A stretch of DNA of 64,000 nt from a phage: the sequence record NC_111505.1, one strand, 5' to 3'. Below are positions 28,568-38,622 of the stretch, piece after piece. Position 1 is the stretch's first letter. Every line of letters begins with the position of its first letter. Under the pieces are notes generated by a model. That model did no database searches. It was given only the letters and a program-made list of their open reading frames with translations, and was not told the DNA's origin. The translations under genes and the position numbers were made by a program.

Positions 28568-28948
28568 ATGTGCAAGTGTAAATCCTATAATTGGAAAGTT
28601 AAAGGTGCCAAGCATCCAAATGTTATCGTTGATGTGCCTAAAAAGCTCCGTGACTGCAAAAAACGTGTGTGCCTTGATAAGTGCATGGCTAAGCCTATCA
28701 TGAGTCTATGGGCGGCAGGATTGAAAACTATAAACTGCTGCTGTGGTCATAACAAAGATGCTCCAAGCATCATTATCCCAGAGGATGCAGACCCTAAAGC
28801 TTATGCCAAAATACTGACCCGCTACCCCAGCACCTTTCTGATCGGAAAATGGTGTCACGATGAACTTCAATGGTGGATAGCATACGGCAGCATAGGTACT
28901 GCTGTTGGCTTTCCAGCTTTGTCAGAGCGCTACGTCAAAGTGTCATAA
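28568..28948 (+). CDS. hypothetical Cys-rich protein
   Basis: 126 aa; several Cys clusters (CKCK, INCCCGH) suggest metal binding. Confidence 0.45.
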   Translation: MCKCKSYNWKVKGAKHPNVIVDVPKKLRDCKKRVCLDKCMAKPIMSLWAAGLKTINCCCGHNKDAPSIIIPEDADPKAYAKILTRYPSTFLIGKWCHDELQWWIAYGSIGTAVGFPALSERYVKVS

Positions 28949-29052
28949 TCGATTTTAAGGCCTCAAACGAGGCCTGTGCCTTCATAAACTTCCTACCTAT
29001 GTGCGATTACCCTTCTGAATAAAATACCCTCTCAAATTGCTTAAAATTAAGC

Positions 29053-29081
29053 TTGACACTAACACCAGATTTATATATGAT
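29053..29081 (+). promoter_or_regulatory. sigma70-like promoter (TTGACA-17-TATGAT)
   Basis: consensus -35, 17-nt spacer, 5/6 -10, about 30 nt upstream of GAGGAG and ATG 29112. Confidence 0.5.
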
Positions 29082-29111
29082 TATCTCACCAACCCAACAG
29101 AGGAGATTGTC

Positions 29112-29519
29112 ATGGATAATCTTGCAAGTGTAAACGTAGAAATTGTTAAACTAAAGTTCTTGGGCTTTCGAGACCCTAATTCTCTAACAGCTATACTGAT
29201 GGATACCCACTTCACACCGGGGAAAGAGTACACTGCCTTCCGTTATACTCACGGAGATCACGAATCGGCCTATAGTGTGAATACAAACCTCGGTGAGGGA
29301 TATTTCATCAGAGATATCACAGATCACTTGTGGGGTATGTGGGAATTGGTGGGAGAAGAGAATAAATCCCTTCCCAAAGAGATTTGGGTGCACACCTTCC
29401 ACACAGGGAAGTTTGGTGGAACGGAGCATAAATCTATCCACTATGATGAAGGAAGTGCCATCAAGCAACAAGCTGTGCTTGGCGGATCTGTAGAAAAATT
29501 TGTTAAATGCGAGGACTGA
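29112..29519 (+). CDS. hypothetical protein
   Basis: start at internal ATG (MDNLASV) downstream of the promoter; track ORF begins upstream of it. Confidence 0.45.
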   Translation: MDNLASVNVEIVKLKFLGFRDPNSLTAILMDTHFTPGKEYTAFRYTHGDHESAYSVNTNLGEGYFIRDITDHLWGMWELVGEENKSLPKEIWVHTFHTGKFGGTEHKSIHYDEGSAIKQQAVLGGSVEKFVKCED

Positions 29520-29522
29520 GAA

Positions 29523-29723
29523 ATGGCTGATTTTTGTAAAGATTGCTCTGAAGAGTTGTTTGGCTTTGACTGCAAAGATTTGGAAGGTCTGATCACTGAG
29601 GATCAGTGGAAGGAAGGCTATGCAGCACCTGTTATTTGTGAAGGTTGTGGCTATACCTATGTTGACCATAAAGGTAAGCGCGTCAAGCCGTCTGAAGATG
29701 GGGCATGTTGGGAGTATTACTAA
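29523..29723 (+). CDS. small zinc-ribbon-like protein
   Basis: 66 aa; CKDC...CEGCGY Cys pairs. Confidence 0.45.
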   Translation: MADFCKDCSEELFGFDCKDLEGLITEDQWKEGYAAPVICEGCGYTYVDHKGKRVKPSEDGACWEYY

Positions 29724-29732
29724 CTATAAAAA

Positions 29733-29760
29733 GAAAGGGGCCGTTTGGCCCCTTTTTTAT
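29733..29760. terminator. bidirectional rho-independent terminator between convergent blocks
   Basis: AGGGGCC-GTTT-GGCCCCT flanked by A-run upstream and T-run downstream. Confidence 0.65.
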
Positions 29761-29771
29761 TTACCCCCTTG

Positions 29772-32700
29772 TTAACGAGAAAAGGTTGCGTAGGCTTCTA
29801 GACGATACTGCTGGTCACCAGGGAACATAACACCTATAGAGGCTGTCCCTAGAATCCTGCCTTCCTTTCCAGACTCCATTCTGAACCCTACCCATCCTGA
29901 ACTCCTTGCAGCATCGATGTTGTCTCTATACCCGAAAGTGGCAAGATCGTCAACACCAGCCCCAAACAGCAACTGAAGCTGACTTCTCGGAAGCCCTATA
30001 ATTTCAGGAATATACGCACCAAAGTACACCATCTGCCCTACCTTAGGACCGCTGCCGTACTCCATCGGCTTGCTTGTAGAGAAAGTCTTCATACCAGAAG
30101 TCCCTGCCGGATTAGGATATGCCCCGTTTGTTGCTGTACCTATCCACATTCTCCACTGTGGTGCCATCTGTTTGACAGTAAAAGATGTTGAAGACGTTTT
30201 GCGCCCTGCATCATCTGTAACTACAAACTTTATAGTGACATTCCCAGTAGCTTTAAATGTTACCAGCCCTGTGGTAGCATCCACTGTTGCAATGTTGGTA
30301 TTACTACTTTCCCAAGTCTTTCTGATTCCTGGCACATTGGAAGGGGTAATAGAAGGTTCCTGCATCTGCAGTTTACCACCTACAATCCCTATCCCGTTTC
30401 CTGGATTATACAACGCACCAACCTCGTCTACAATGTTACCTGCCTTGAGGCTGTACTTTTTAGAGAAGTTGTAAGTGCCGTTATATGTGTGTGTCCCTGA
30501 GAAGGTTACATCTGCTTTTCCGTAAGAGATGCAAACCAAAGCATACTTCCTGTCAGGCAACGGTGCCCCAGTTTCTGGGTGAGTTTTACCCACCTGAAAC
30601 ACACTCGGGTCAGTGGAGTCTTGGCTATCACTAACTGAGTTTGGGCCACCCATCAGTTGTGACAAGCAATTCCTTACCCATGTCCAGTTATTATCGCTGG
30701 AGAAGTCCACAGTTAAATCAAACACAACCCACTCATTTGGCTTCCACACAGGTGTTGCAATGGACTTGCCTACACCGCCTCCTTGGAGTGTTGCCGACTG
30801 TTCAGTGATCAGGGCCGCGTAGGCCAGAGTTCCTAAACTCAGAGTTTGGCTTGCTGTCCTCACTACCTTAGAATCAGCATCTGTGAAGTTGTTGATGATC
30901 TGGAATGTGCCATAAGTGTTTTTACAGGTAATTCTGGCGTTCAGCGTGTCAATCTTCCTCACATCTGCCATAGCAGTGTTAGACACAGAGAAGTCAGAAG
31001 CTTTAGCTGAGTTTGCCGCAACAGCAGGATCAACGTTAAGAGTTGCGTTGAACTGACAAGCTGGGGTAACCAGCAGCTTGTTATCACCTATTTGCTTCCA
31101 TGAAACACTTTGAACAGGGAGATTCCATTTAATACCTGAGAAAACTTTAGCAACCCTTGGCCCCAGAGCTCCAGTCCTGGTGTCTTTACAGCACATGGAC
31201 ATGGTGATCGTTGACGGAGTGGCCTGACCAAACAATTGCTGTGCTTTTGCAGAGGACATGGTGTAGAAATTGTCCTTAACAAACTCATCAGCCGCCAATG
31301 ATCCGTCAGATCTCCACCATTGCACCTGGTACCCTGTCTTATCCCAGCCACCGACCTGCTTCAGGTCCTCCCAGGAGATTTCCAGATCCCCAGTGGTAGG
31401 GTTGATTGCAGCAGTTCCTGGTGTTCCAGAGGACCATAATGGGATATCGAACCATGCTGGTTTAACAGATTGTACTGCGTTCGGTCCTATTGCAGCAGCA
31501 AGTTGCTGACCCATCAACACACGAGAATCTTTTACCAAGCCCCATTCAATCATGGACCCAGAGTAGCCTTCTTTCTTATAGGCCGAAGATCCGTTCAAAT
31601 GGATAAGCCTGCTGCAGTCGAAACCATACGCCCCGCCACCGTTAGGATCTGCAAAGTTAGTTATGATTCTATCCCTTATATTTTTCCATGCCCTGCCTCC
31701 AATCTCGTAGTCATGGTCATAACATCTCTGCAGCGTTGTCCAGCAAATGATTGCCATTCTTCTGCCACCAGTAAACCCGAAAGCGCCGTCATTCAACTCT
31801 TTCCACAGATAGCAGTTAGTTGCCCACATAGCTCTGTGGATATTGAACCAGTTTATAGACTTAGCAGAATTGTCCCACTGAGTTCCCGGTAATTCAGGCC
31901 ACACTGCATTAACCAACATGTCTTCTGTTCCTGCATCAACTAAGAACCCTCTCACCTTTTTACCCATACCTGCCCTGTCTTTAGCAATCCAATTGCCAAA
32001 CAGTCTCAGTTTTGGACCATAAACGACATCCTCTGGGTGCTCAAAAGAAACATACTTTAAGTAGATTGTTGGGTCACCGTAGGTGCCATCACAAACACTT
32101 TTGTGCATGTTTTCGCCAAGATCTAGACGAAGCCCTGTCACCACTTTAGACGTGTCGGTGAATTTGTCTGTTAAATCAAATTCATACCACCACCATCCAC
32201 CACCAAGCATAAATTTCTTGCATCGAGCATTGTCTGTATCAGATATTCTCTTATCCCCTGCAAAAGGTGAATCAGCAAACTGATAATGCAGAGCAGTCTC
32301 GAATAAATGTGTTGAGGTTCCGTTTTCTGCAAGAACTTGCTTACCTATTAAGTCGCACTTAATGATCATCACAACACGTTTGTACCCGTTTGTTACTGGA
32401 ACTTGCATAGACATGGATGTCCCATCCATGTTTGATCTCAGCACGGTCATGACGATATAAGGGTCAACGGCATTGCCCAGAGTTTCAGGACCAGGGATTA
32501 TCTTGTACTTCTTAACCTGCCCCATAAACCTGTCACTGGCGTAAGTTGCAGCCTCGAAGCAAGATCCTCCATTAGGTAGTTCGCCAGGACCCCAGAAAAA
32601 TGCGCCATAACAGTTATAAAACCACTTGTTAGGATCGTATTTGTTCTTGAAGGTCTGAACCTCGTTAGCCTGTTTTGTCAAGAAAACCTGAGTATCTGTG

Positions 32701-34442
32701 AAGATTGCAGGATTCACTCTTGCCTGTCGATCAGCATATCCAGGTTGGTTAAACCACTGATTGCAAGAATAGTCCCGCATATAGTCATAATCAGAGTATT
32801 TATTGTTTGCATCCTCGTTCCAACACATATTAAGGTTGGTGCCGCCCATGCACACAATATATTCTTCAACGTATTTATCACTTCGGGTGGGAATACCTAC
32901 GAACCATCTATTAACAGGTTCGTTCCAAGCAGTACGCTCATCCTTAACGCAGATTGCAATCCAGTCATGTGTCCCTGTTTTCTTGCACACATCGCGCTTC
33001 ATACCGTAGTAGAATTCTTTAGTATTTGGCTCAGGTGCACTTATCAGGTAACTCCACGCCTGGTCTGCATATGTTCCGTTGGTGCGAGGGTCATGATCAA
33101 AGGCATACATGATGATTCTTTCTCCACCAAGATGTTCACCAAGGGTGACTTTGATGTTCACATCCCCGTAACCGTTGCGAACAACATCCATATTATCAAT
33201 AGAAATGCCTCTAGGAGTGTAGGCAATTTTCAGTGAGTTATCCTCACTAGTGCCACCAAGGGTGATCCCAATATTGTTTGTCGTCCCGTCAGCATATCTT
33301 ACTGTAGCTTCCCAGCGTATTCCGAAATATCCTACGTCATGGCTGACAATTTTTAATGTACGAGCACCAGAGTTAGGTTTTCCAGGATCAGGCCAAGGGT
33401 TTGGGTGTTCGTGAACCGTCAACGATGTCCCGTTTTGTTCGTTGACCTGCAACATTTTACCACCCCTTCCGTTTGGGTTGAACTCCCATAGGGCCTGTGT
33501 CTGCACCAAGTTATCATAGGTATTCCGTCGCTGACTATAAATCTCTTGGGTAACATCATAAGTTACTGATCCAGCATCCATTCTATGGAGTCTGACCATA
33601 TACGATGTATCCCCTTCTACTGCAGGCTGGGCCGCATTTAGTCCAAAGTATACAGTGTCATTAACATGGAACTGTTTGTTTCTACCGGCAGTATGCCATT
33701 TACCATCAGACGGATACGCCGGAACAATAGTGTTCCAGTTCAAAGTCCTTGTTGTGTGGGTCCTGCCTGTGCCATGTTTGTCATGATAGGTTATTTTTAC
33801 AGAGTACAGACCACGTCTGTTAACATTCCTGTTATACTGGGTAACAATAACTTCGTTGGCCCCACCGTGGTTCCAGTTAGTAGAGAATTGGTAATTCGCA
33901 TCTGTAACAACCGTGCCTGCAGCATTTACCAGTTCAATCTTGTCAATAATGAACGTAGCACCCTCTGGCTGAGGCTTTAATTTCATCTTGACCGTATCAC
34001 CAATGTAAATATTGCTAACGCTGCTAACACCGTTAACGTCGAAAATATCATCAACACCCCAACTGTCTACTGGGACATTTTTATACCAATTCTCAGGGAC
34101 CTCCGTGAACCCTTGGCTATTAAGTCTGCCGCCAAACAGGTTATTAGATCCTGCAAAACTTCCCCTCGGGATGCCTGACCACCAAAGTTTGCCATTAACA
34201 ACAGTAAAGGTTCCTAAAAAAACCTTCTCTGTGAATGCCTTGGAAATAAACACTTTCTGTCCAGCTAACTGGGAGGCGTTGCTCAACGTATTTGGCTGTG
34301 GCAAGAGCTTGATAGTGGATAAAATTGGCCCTAGGGCTATTGTTTGCAGATTGTGCGCCAATATCATTGCAAAGGTTGCGAGAGAATCCACGGTACTGCT
34401 TAGTACCATTGTTGAAGAAAATGCCACTTGTGCCGTACCCAC
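29772..34442 (-). CDS. giant tail-associated protein (1556 aa) with Ig-like (Big_2-type) domain; true 5' end uncertain
   Basis: longest ORF from track; C-terminal NIATVDATTGLVTFKATGNVTIKFVVTDDAG resembles bacterial Ig-like domain; first about 75 codons overlap the upstream ORF in another frame and look low-complexity. Confidence 0.55.
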   Translation of the reverse strand: MGTAQVAFSSTMVLSSTVDSLATFAMILAHNLQTIALGPILSTIKLLPQPNTLSNASQLAGQKVFISKAFTEKVFLGTFTVVNGKLWWSGIPRGSFAGSNNLFGGRLNSQGFTEVPENWYKNVPVDSWGVDDIFDVNGVSSVSNIYIGDTVKMKLKPQPEGATFIIDKIELVNAAGTVVTDANYQFSTNWNHGGANEVIVTQYNRNVNRRGLYSVKITYHDKHGTGRTHTTRTLNWNTIVPAYPSDGKWHTAGRNKQFHVNDTVYFGLNAAQPAVEGDTSYMVRLHRMDAGSVTYDVTQEIYSQRRNTYDNLVQTQALWEFNPNGRGGKMLQVNEQNGTSLTVHEHPNPWPDPGKPNSGARTLKIVSHDVGYFGIRWEATVRYADGTTNNIGITLGGTSEDNSLKIAYTPRGISIDNMDVVRNGYGDVNIKVTLGEHLGGERIIMYAFDHDPRTNGTYADQAWSYLISAPEPNTKEFYYGMKRDVCKKTGTHDWIAICVKDERTAWNEPVNRWFVGIPTRSDKYVEEYIVCMGGTNLNMCWNEDANNKYSDYDYMRDYSCNQWFNQPGYADRQARVNPAIFTDTQVFLTKQANEVQTFKNKYDPNKWFYNCYGAFFWGPGELPNGGSCFEAATYASDRFMGQVKKYKIIPGPETLGNAVDPYIVMTVLRSNMDGTSMSMQVPVTNGYKRVVMIIKCDLIGKQVLAENGTSTHLFETALHYQFADSPFAGDKRISDTDNARCKKFMLGGGWWWYEFDLTDKFTDTSKVVTGLRLDLGENMHKSVCDGTYGDPTIYLKYVSFEHPEDVVYGPKLRLFGNWIAKDRAGMGKKVRGFLVDAGTEDMLVNAVWPELPGTQWDNSAKSINWFNIHRAMWATNCYLWKELNDGAFGFTGGRRMAIICWTTLQRCYDHDYEIGGRAWKNIRDRIITNFADPNGGGAYGFDCSRLIHLNGSSAYKKEGYSGSMIEWGLVKDSRVLMGQQLAAAIGPNAVQSVKPAWFDIPLWSSGTPGTAAINPTTGDLEISWEDLKQVGGWDKTGYQVQWWRSDGSLAADEFVKDNFYTMSSAKAQQLFGQATPSTITMSMCCKDTRTGALGPRVAKVFSGIKWNLPVQSVSWKQIGDNKLLVTPACQFNATLNVDPAVAANSAKASDFSVSNTAMADVRKIDTLNARITCKNTYGTFQIINNFTDADSKVVRTASQTLSLGTLAYAALITEQSATLQGGGVGKSIATPVWKPNEWVVFDLTVDFSSDNNWTWVRNCLSQLMGGPNSVSDSQDSTDPSVFQVGKTHPETGAPLPDRKYALVCISYGKADVTFSGTHTYNGTYNFSKKYSLKAGNIVDEVGALYNPGNGIGIVGGKLQMQEPSITPSNVPGIRKTWESSNTNIATVDATTGLVTFKATGNVTIKFVVTDDAGRKTSSTSFTVKQMAPQWRMWIGTATNGAYPNPAGTSGMKTFSTSKPMEYGSGPKVGQMVYFGAYIPEIIGLPRSQLQLLFGAGVDDLATFGYRDNIDAARSSGWVGFRMESGKEGRILGTASIGVMFPGDQQYRLEAYATFSR

Positions 34443-35409
34443 GAGCCATTATTACCTCATGGGTGTAGGTGATATTCAAGGCACGCCATGTATCATCTCC
34501 CCAAACATCTTGCCCGTAGAATACGTTAACAAGTTGCTGGTCATCAGGTCTGTGCATTCTTTGTGTTACAACCACTGCCCCGTTCGGACCGCACATGAAC
34601 CCTTTCCACTCCTCATCTGTAGGAATGCCCCTCAAATCGTCACGGGTAATCTGAGCGGGGGGCCAAACGAGAGTGTTTCTACTATTGTTTCTCAGAAAGT
34701 CATATCCAGCAATCCAGAAACCTCTAGGACCACCGAAAATAACAGAGTTATCATGCACCTCACAGTTAATGCTTGGGTTTTTCCAAGGACCTGTTTCAGG
34801 ATTTTCCGATGTTTCACCAATCTTTACAGGGGTTGCATGCTGGTTTTTATCCACATGCAAAGACCCGTAGGTGTTGTTACCAGATCCGTACAAGTGTAAA
34901 ATGCCAGTGCCTTCTGCCTCTGCCATAACCCAGACGGTGTTGTTAATACCACCCATCACCTCAACAAGGCGCTCTGGGTGGGTGTCAAGGTGCAATCCTT
35001 TAACGATTTGTTCAGGAAGAGGTGTCCACTCCCTTACACAAACATCATTACCGCCTGCAGCATCAGACCCAATAAGCCCTGCAGTACAGCCGATGTAGAA
35101 AAACTGATTATCAAAAGTTCGGATCACAAACGCACGGTCTGCTCTCCACACATGATCAACGTTCCAGGCAGCCTCATTAGGGTAGTTTATCGTGTCAAGA
35201 TCCCCAGTCCTACACTCCCCGAACCTGTTGTACCCTGTGATATTAAGCTGACCATTGTCAAAAAGTATAGCTAAGCTATTTACATAGGCTACTGTAGTGC
35301 TTGTACCGTCACTGTTGTCTATTGGGTATGACAGAACAGCAAGTTCCTTAACTCCACCCCTCTTATCGAGGAAATGACGACCAAGTTTTAGCAAAGGGAT
35401 TGGAAGCAT
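34195..35409 (-). CDS. beta-propeller-like protein (RCC1-like repeats); possibly the N-terminal part of the downstream giant protein
   Basis: repeated aromatic/Gly motifs (YGSGNNTYGSLHVD, FYIGCTAGLIGSD); C-terminus overlaps the giant ORF by 248 nt. Confidence 0.5.
   Translation of the reverse strand: MLPIPLLKLGRHFLDKRGGVKELAVLSYPIDNSDGTSTTVAYVNSLAILFDNGQLNITGYNRFGECRTGDLDTINYPNEAAWNVDHVWRADRAFVIRTFDNQFFYIGCTAGLIGSDAAGGNDVCVREWTPLPEQIVKGLHLDTHPERLVEVMGGINNTVWVMAEAEGTGILHLYGSGNNTYGSLHVDKNQHATPVKIGETSENPETGPWKNPSINCEVHDNSVIFGGPRGFWIAGYDFLRNNSRNTLVWPPAQITRDDLRGIPTDEEWKGFMCGPNGAVVVTQRMHRPDDQQLVNVFYGQDVWGDDTWRALNITYTHEVIMARGYGTSGIFFNNGTKQYRGFSRNLCNDIGAQSANNSPRANFIHYQALATAKYVEQRLPVSWTESVYFQGIHREGFFRNLYCC
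34216..34222 (-). other. T7 homopolymer at the frame junction between ORF 34195..35409 and ORF 29772..34442
   Basis: minus strand GAAGG-TTTTTTT-AGGAAC about 20 nt before the upstream stop; removing one T joins ...IHREGF to LGTFTVVNGKLWWSG... as one ORF of about 1880 aa. Confidence 0.5.
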
Positions 35410-35430
35410 TGTGTTCTCCAGATAAGAAAA

Positions 35431-35449
35431 CCGCCCCGTCAGGAGCGGT
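35431..35449 (-). terminator. hairpin with U-run (attenuator or terminator)
   Basis: minus strand CCGCUCC-UGAC-GGGGCGG + UUUUCUUAUCU after the fibre gene. Confidence 0.35.
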
Positions 35450-35457
35450 CAGATATA

Positions 35458-37203
35458 TTAACGTTGTGCAATAACCACATCCACAATATCACCAACACCA
35501 CAATATGTCAATTGTAGCAAGGTAACGCTGTTGGCTTTGTTGTTAATGACAGGGGTAGCCGACAGTATGGCATATTTATCGTGCAAAGTCACGTTGTGGC
35601 CTACAGCATCTTGAATGACATAGATGATTGCAGTAAACGGGTAAGGTTTATCTTCAGCCGATGTTCCAGGCCATTGGCCTATTGTAAAATCCCCTTTCGC
35701 GTGGACAACATACATACTGGCCTGCCCGTTAGGTGTCCATGTCCCACTCGATGCTTCAACCTCCTCTAAGTCAAAGTCTACTTTTCCTGCGTGGAAAGTA
35801 GGGGCAGTGATGGTTTTACCAGCCTCAATTCCTTGAGAGGTGGTTATCTTACCGCTGGAGTTAATACCATTACAAACAAAGTTGACATTAGAGAAGTCTG
35901 GTAGCCACCCAGTCACTGTGCCGGATATTTCAAGGTTATGAAGGCGTGTTGTTCCTGTGCCGTTGTCATTTAAGCTAACATCGCCATTTACCTGCAAGTT
36001 CCTGGTAACGTTGCAGTTTTCAGAGTTTGCAGTCGTTGCAGTTAAAGTAGTGGTTGTCAGCTCGGTAATTACACCTTTGTTGGCTGTAAGTCCCTCTCCT
36101 TCAAAAGTTGCACGCTCATTGACTCTTAGGGTATTCAGAGATATGTTTTGGATAGATGCTGTACCTCGAATAACTACAGATCCGCCAACCTCTAAATCGC
36201 CATTGATCAGTGCATCCCCCGTGCTTTCAATATAGCTAGGGTAGATCATGGTGCCATCTACAGAGTAGGTTATCCCTGTAACGGTACCTGTCACCTCAAG
36301 GTTCTTAACCCTGGTGGTCCCAGCAACCTGTAATGTTGGTTCGGTTGCTGCCTTCATGGCATTACCACGGATGTACACGTAGTCAAAAAAGTTATTACCC
36401 AGACCATCAAAATGTACATCGTTATTATTAGCCACCGGTTTCCCAGAAGTTATAGTGTCAGCTATAACCCTGTGGGTGGACACTTCATGGGGTTGCAGCT
36501 CTGTACTTCTCCAGTCTGCATGCTTAGGATCGCTCCACGCAAAAGTAAGTGTAGAAGTATTTGCCGTGAGGATTAGATTCCTAAAGCGTGCAGTAGAATC
36601 TGCTCCATTAACAGGCCCATGTAAGGTGAGTGTGCCCCCAACTATGGTGTTAGCAAGTTCTGTAAGACCTTTTACCACCAAAGACCCTACAGTAACCTTC
36701 ATCCCCTCCATAGCTTTAAATATGCTATCCACATAGTCCACAACAAACTCTGTGTTTGCTATAGACTCGGACTTATCGTCCATTGGAGGTGTAGGTACTC
36801 GCGGGTCACCTTCGAATCTTGGGCTGTTAAGTTTTGCGTAGTATTTTGCCATTACTGCAGAATCGGTATATAATCTCCAGTTCGGAGATTGTGAAGGATC
36901 TGCTGGCATCCTAACCGGGTTAGATTTTGATGCTGCTGGGGCGTACCACCACTGAGGGCCTGTATCCCCTTTAAACTCATACAACTGGTTAAAAACTGTT
37001 GTGGATGCACCATACGCCCAAGGGATTGGTGGCGTTTTAAAATAAAGGGTGTCAAGCATGGCTTTTCGTACCGTAGGGATGGTGGTCCCATCCTCTACGA
37101 CAACTTCATCCACAGCGTTACCGTTGACAATCAGGTGCAAACGTTCAGAATCAACAATTACTTGATCTACCGCCTGCTCAAAGCTTGTCATGTCTTGCGC
37201 CAT
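35458..37203 (-). CDS. tail fibre protein
   Basis: 581 aa; G/T/N/V-rich beta-helix-like repeats (NLEVTGTVTGITYSVDG, NLEISGTVTG). Confidence 0.5.
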   Translation of the reverse strand: MAQDMTSFEQAVDQVIVDSERLHLIVNGNAVDEVVVEDGTTIPTVRKAMLDTLYFKTPPIPWAYGASTTVFNQLYEFKGDTGPQWWYAPAASKSNPVRMPADPSQSPNWRLYTDSAVMAKYYAKLNSPRFEGDPRVPTPPMDDKSESIANTEFVVDYVDSIFKAMEGMKVTVGSLVVKGLTELANTIVGGTLTLHGPVNGADSTARFRNLILTANTSTLTFAWSDPKHADWRSTELQPHEVSTHRVIADTITSGKPVANNNDVHFDGLGNNFFDYVYIRGNAMKAATEPTLQVAGTTRVKNLEVTGTVTGITYSVDGTMIYPSYIESTGDALINGDLEVGGSVVIRGTASIQNISLNTLRVNERATFEGEGLTANKGVITELTTTTLTATTANSENCNVTRNLQVNGDVSLNDNGTGTTRLHNLEISGTVTGWLPDFSNVNFVCNGINSSGKITTSQGIEAGKTITAPTFHAGKVDFDLEEVEASSGTWTPNGQASMYVVHAKGDFTIGQWPGTSAEDKPYPFTAIIYVIQDAVGHNVTLHDKYAILSATPVINNKANSVTLLQLTYCGVGDIVDVVIAQR

Positions 37204-37212
37204 GATTTCTCC

Positions 37213-37479
37213 TTAAGCTTTTTGCTCTTCGTTTTTAACGTGGTCAGGGTGCTGGCAACCCCACCGGAGCGAGATGAATTTGCTAATAAGCTGGGGGCAA
37301 GCTACTGAAGGTGCGTATATCCACGCATACCATTCAGGAAGCGTATCATTGTACCCCATATGAATAAACACCCCAGTCATCACTGCCATGCCTATGTTTG
37401 ACCATAGCTTAGATTGGGACACTTTTGTAGGGTCATCAGATGCTGCAACCAGTCCCCATAAAAACTGAGTTAATTTCAT
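37213..37479 (-). CDS. small membrane protein
   Basis: 88 aa with hydrophobic segment WSNIGMAVMTGVFIHMG. Confidence 0.4.
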   Translation of the reverse strand: MKLTQFLWGLVAASDDPTKVSQSKLWSNIGMAVMTGVFIHMGYNDTLPEWYAWIYAPSVACPQLISKFISLRWGCQHPDHVKNEEQKA

Positions 37480-37488
37480 TTACCCTCT

Positions 37489-38535
37489 TTAAGCATAAGA
37501 TATGGTGATCCATTGACCGTTTACAAATTTTTGAATAGCTCCAGTCCAATAGTCTCCCTGATACGGGTGTTTATATGCGTAATTGCCGGAGCACATTACA
37601 TGCCCGGGGTATACTCTTGACTCTCTGTAGGTGGTTCTGAAACGGTTTGCTATCCTTACATCTTCAACACCCCTACTAGGCATAGGGATAGTAAGGTTAC
37701 CACTACTGTCTGCGCTACTACCATTTACCCTGCGGACCACGTTTCTTCCACCAACTGTTGCATATTGACCTCTGGCGGTTTTATCGTTACAATCTACTCT
37801 TCCACCTATTTGAGCGCTGCCGCAGGATTGTTGCCCATTAACAGTGGATCTGGGTATCGTTACCGCATTAGCATTTGCAGAGGAGCTTTTTGCATCATTG
37901 CATTCAAGATTTCCTTGGATAGCCAGTCTTGCACGGTTGGCAGTTATAGCATTGAGCTTCATAGCCGAAAACACAGGCTGCCCACCAGAAGGTTGAAATC
38001 TCCAACGGAAACCGTCTATTTGGTGAGAGGGATCATCAAGGTCTGTGCCGTCAGCACCACCGATGTTGTCCATAATCCAGAAATCCATCATCGTCTTGTC
38101 TGGAGTTATGGTGGTGTATATCGCCGCACTATCTGTTGACGCGGATGCAAACTCGATTCTTTGAAGACCTAAAGTTTGAGTCTGGATCATTGTGTCTCCA
38201 GCCTTGTCAACATAAAGGTCATCCATTTCTTCAGGCGAGTATACATTAAGAACTTGACGTGCAGCAGCTTTGTCTGGAACGTCTGCCAGATTATTAGTGA
38301 CCCTTAAGAATCTATTATCCCATCCTGGGACAACATCTTCTGTTAAATGCTTTAACCACGCAGAGAGCATATTAAGTTCAAAGTTAACAACTTCACATGC
38401 CACTCTTTGTGTCATATCCCAACCTTTCAATCTCTCTTCTTTTTTTGGTTGGGACTTATTCAATTCTCCCGTATTTTCAAGCACAACATCCTGATTGGCC
38501 CAAATATCAAGAGGGATAACTGGTTTAGTCATCAC
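37489..38535 (-). CDS. tail fibre protein, paralog B
   Basis: 348 aa; shares N-terminal P-L-x-I-W-A and C-terminal K-x-VNGQWIT-x-x-YA with 39548..40588. Confidence 0.6.
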   Translation of the reverse strand: MMTKPVIPLDIWANQDVVLENTGELNKSQPKKEERLKGWDMTQRVACEVVNFELNMLSAWLKHLTEDVVPGWDNRFLRVTNNLADVPDKAAARQVLNVYSPEEMDDLYVDKAGDTMIQTQTLGLQRIEFASASTDSAAIYTTITPDKTMMDFWIMDNIGGADGTDLDDPSHQIDGFRWRFQPSGGQPVFSAMKLNAITANRARLAIQGNLECNDAKSSSANANAVTIPRSTVNGQQSCGSAQIGGRVDCNDKTARGQYATVGGRNVVRRVNGSSADSSGNLTIPMPSRGVEDVRIANRFRTTYRESRVYPGHVMCSGNYAYKHPYQGDYWTGAIQKFVNGQWITISYA

Positions 38536-38622
38536 GTTCTCCTGAGAAAATTCCTTAAGGACTATTTTAACACTTTAGAGAACAAAATGCAAGAACGGCA
38601 TCCTTGCCGTTCTGACCTTTGT

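Noticed and set aside
30070-34899. Numerous plus-strand ORFs inside the giant tail genes (for example 34012..34899, 295 aa)
   Set aside because: Antisense to long ORFs with protein-like composition; no RBS; typical shadow ORFs
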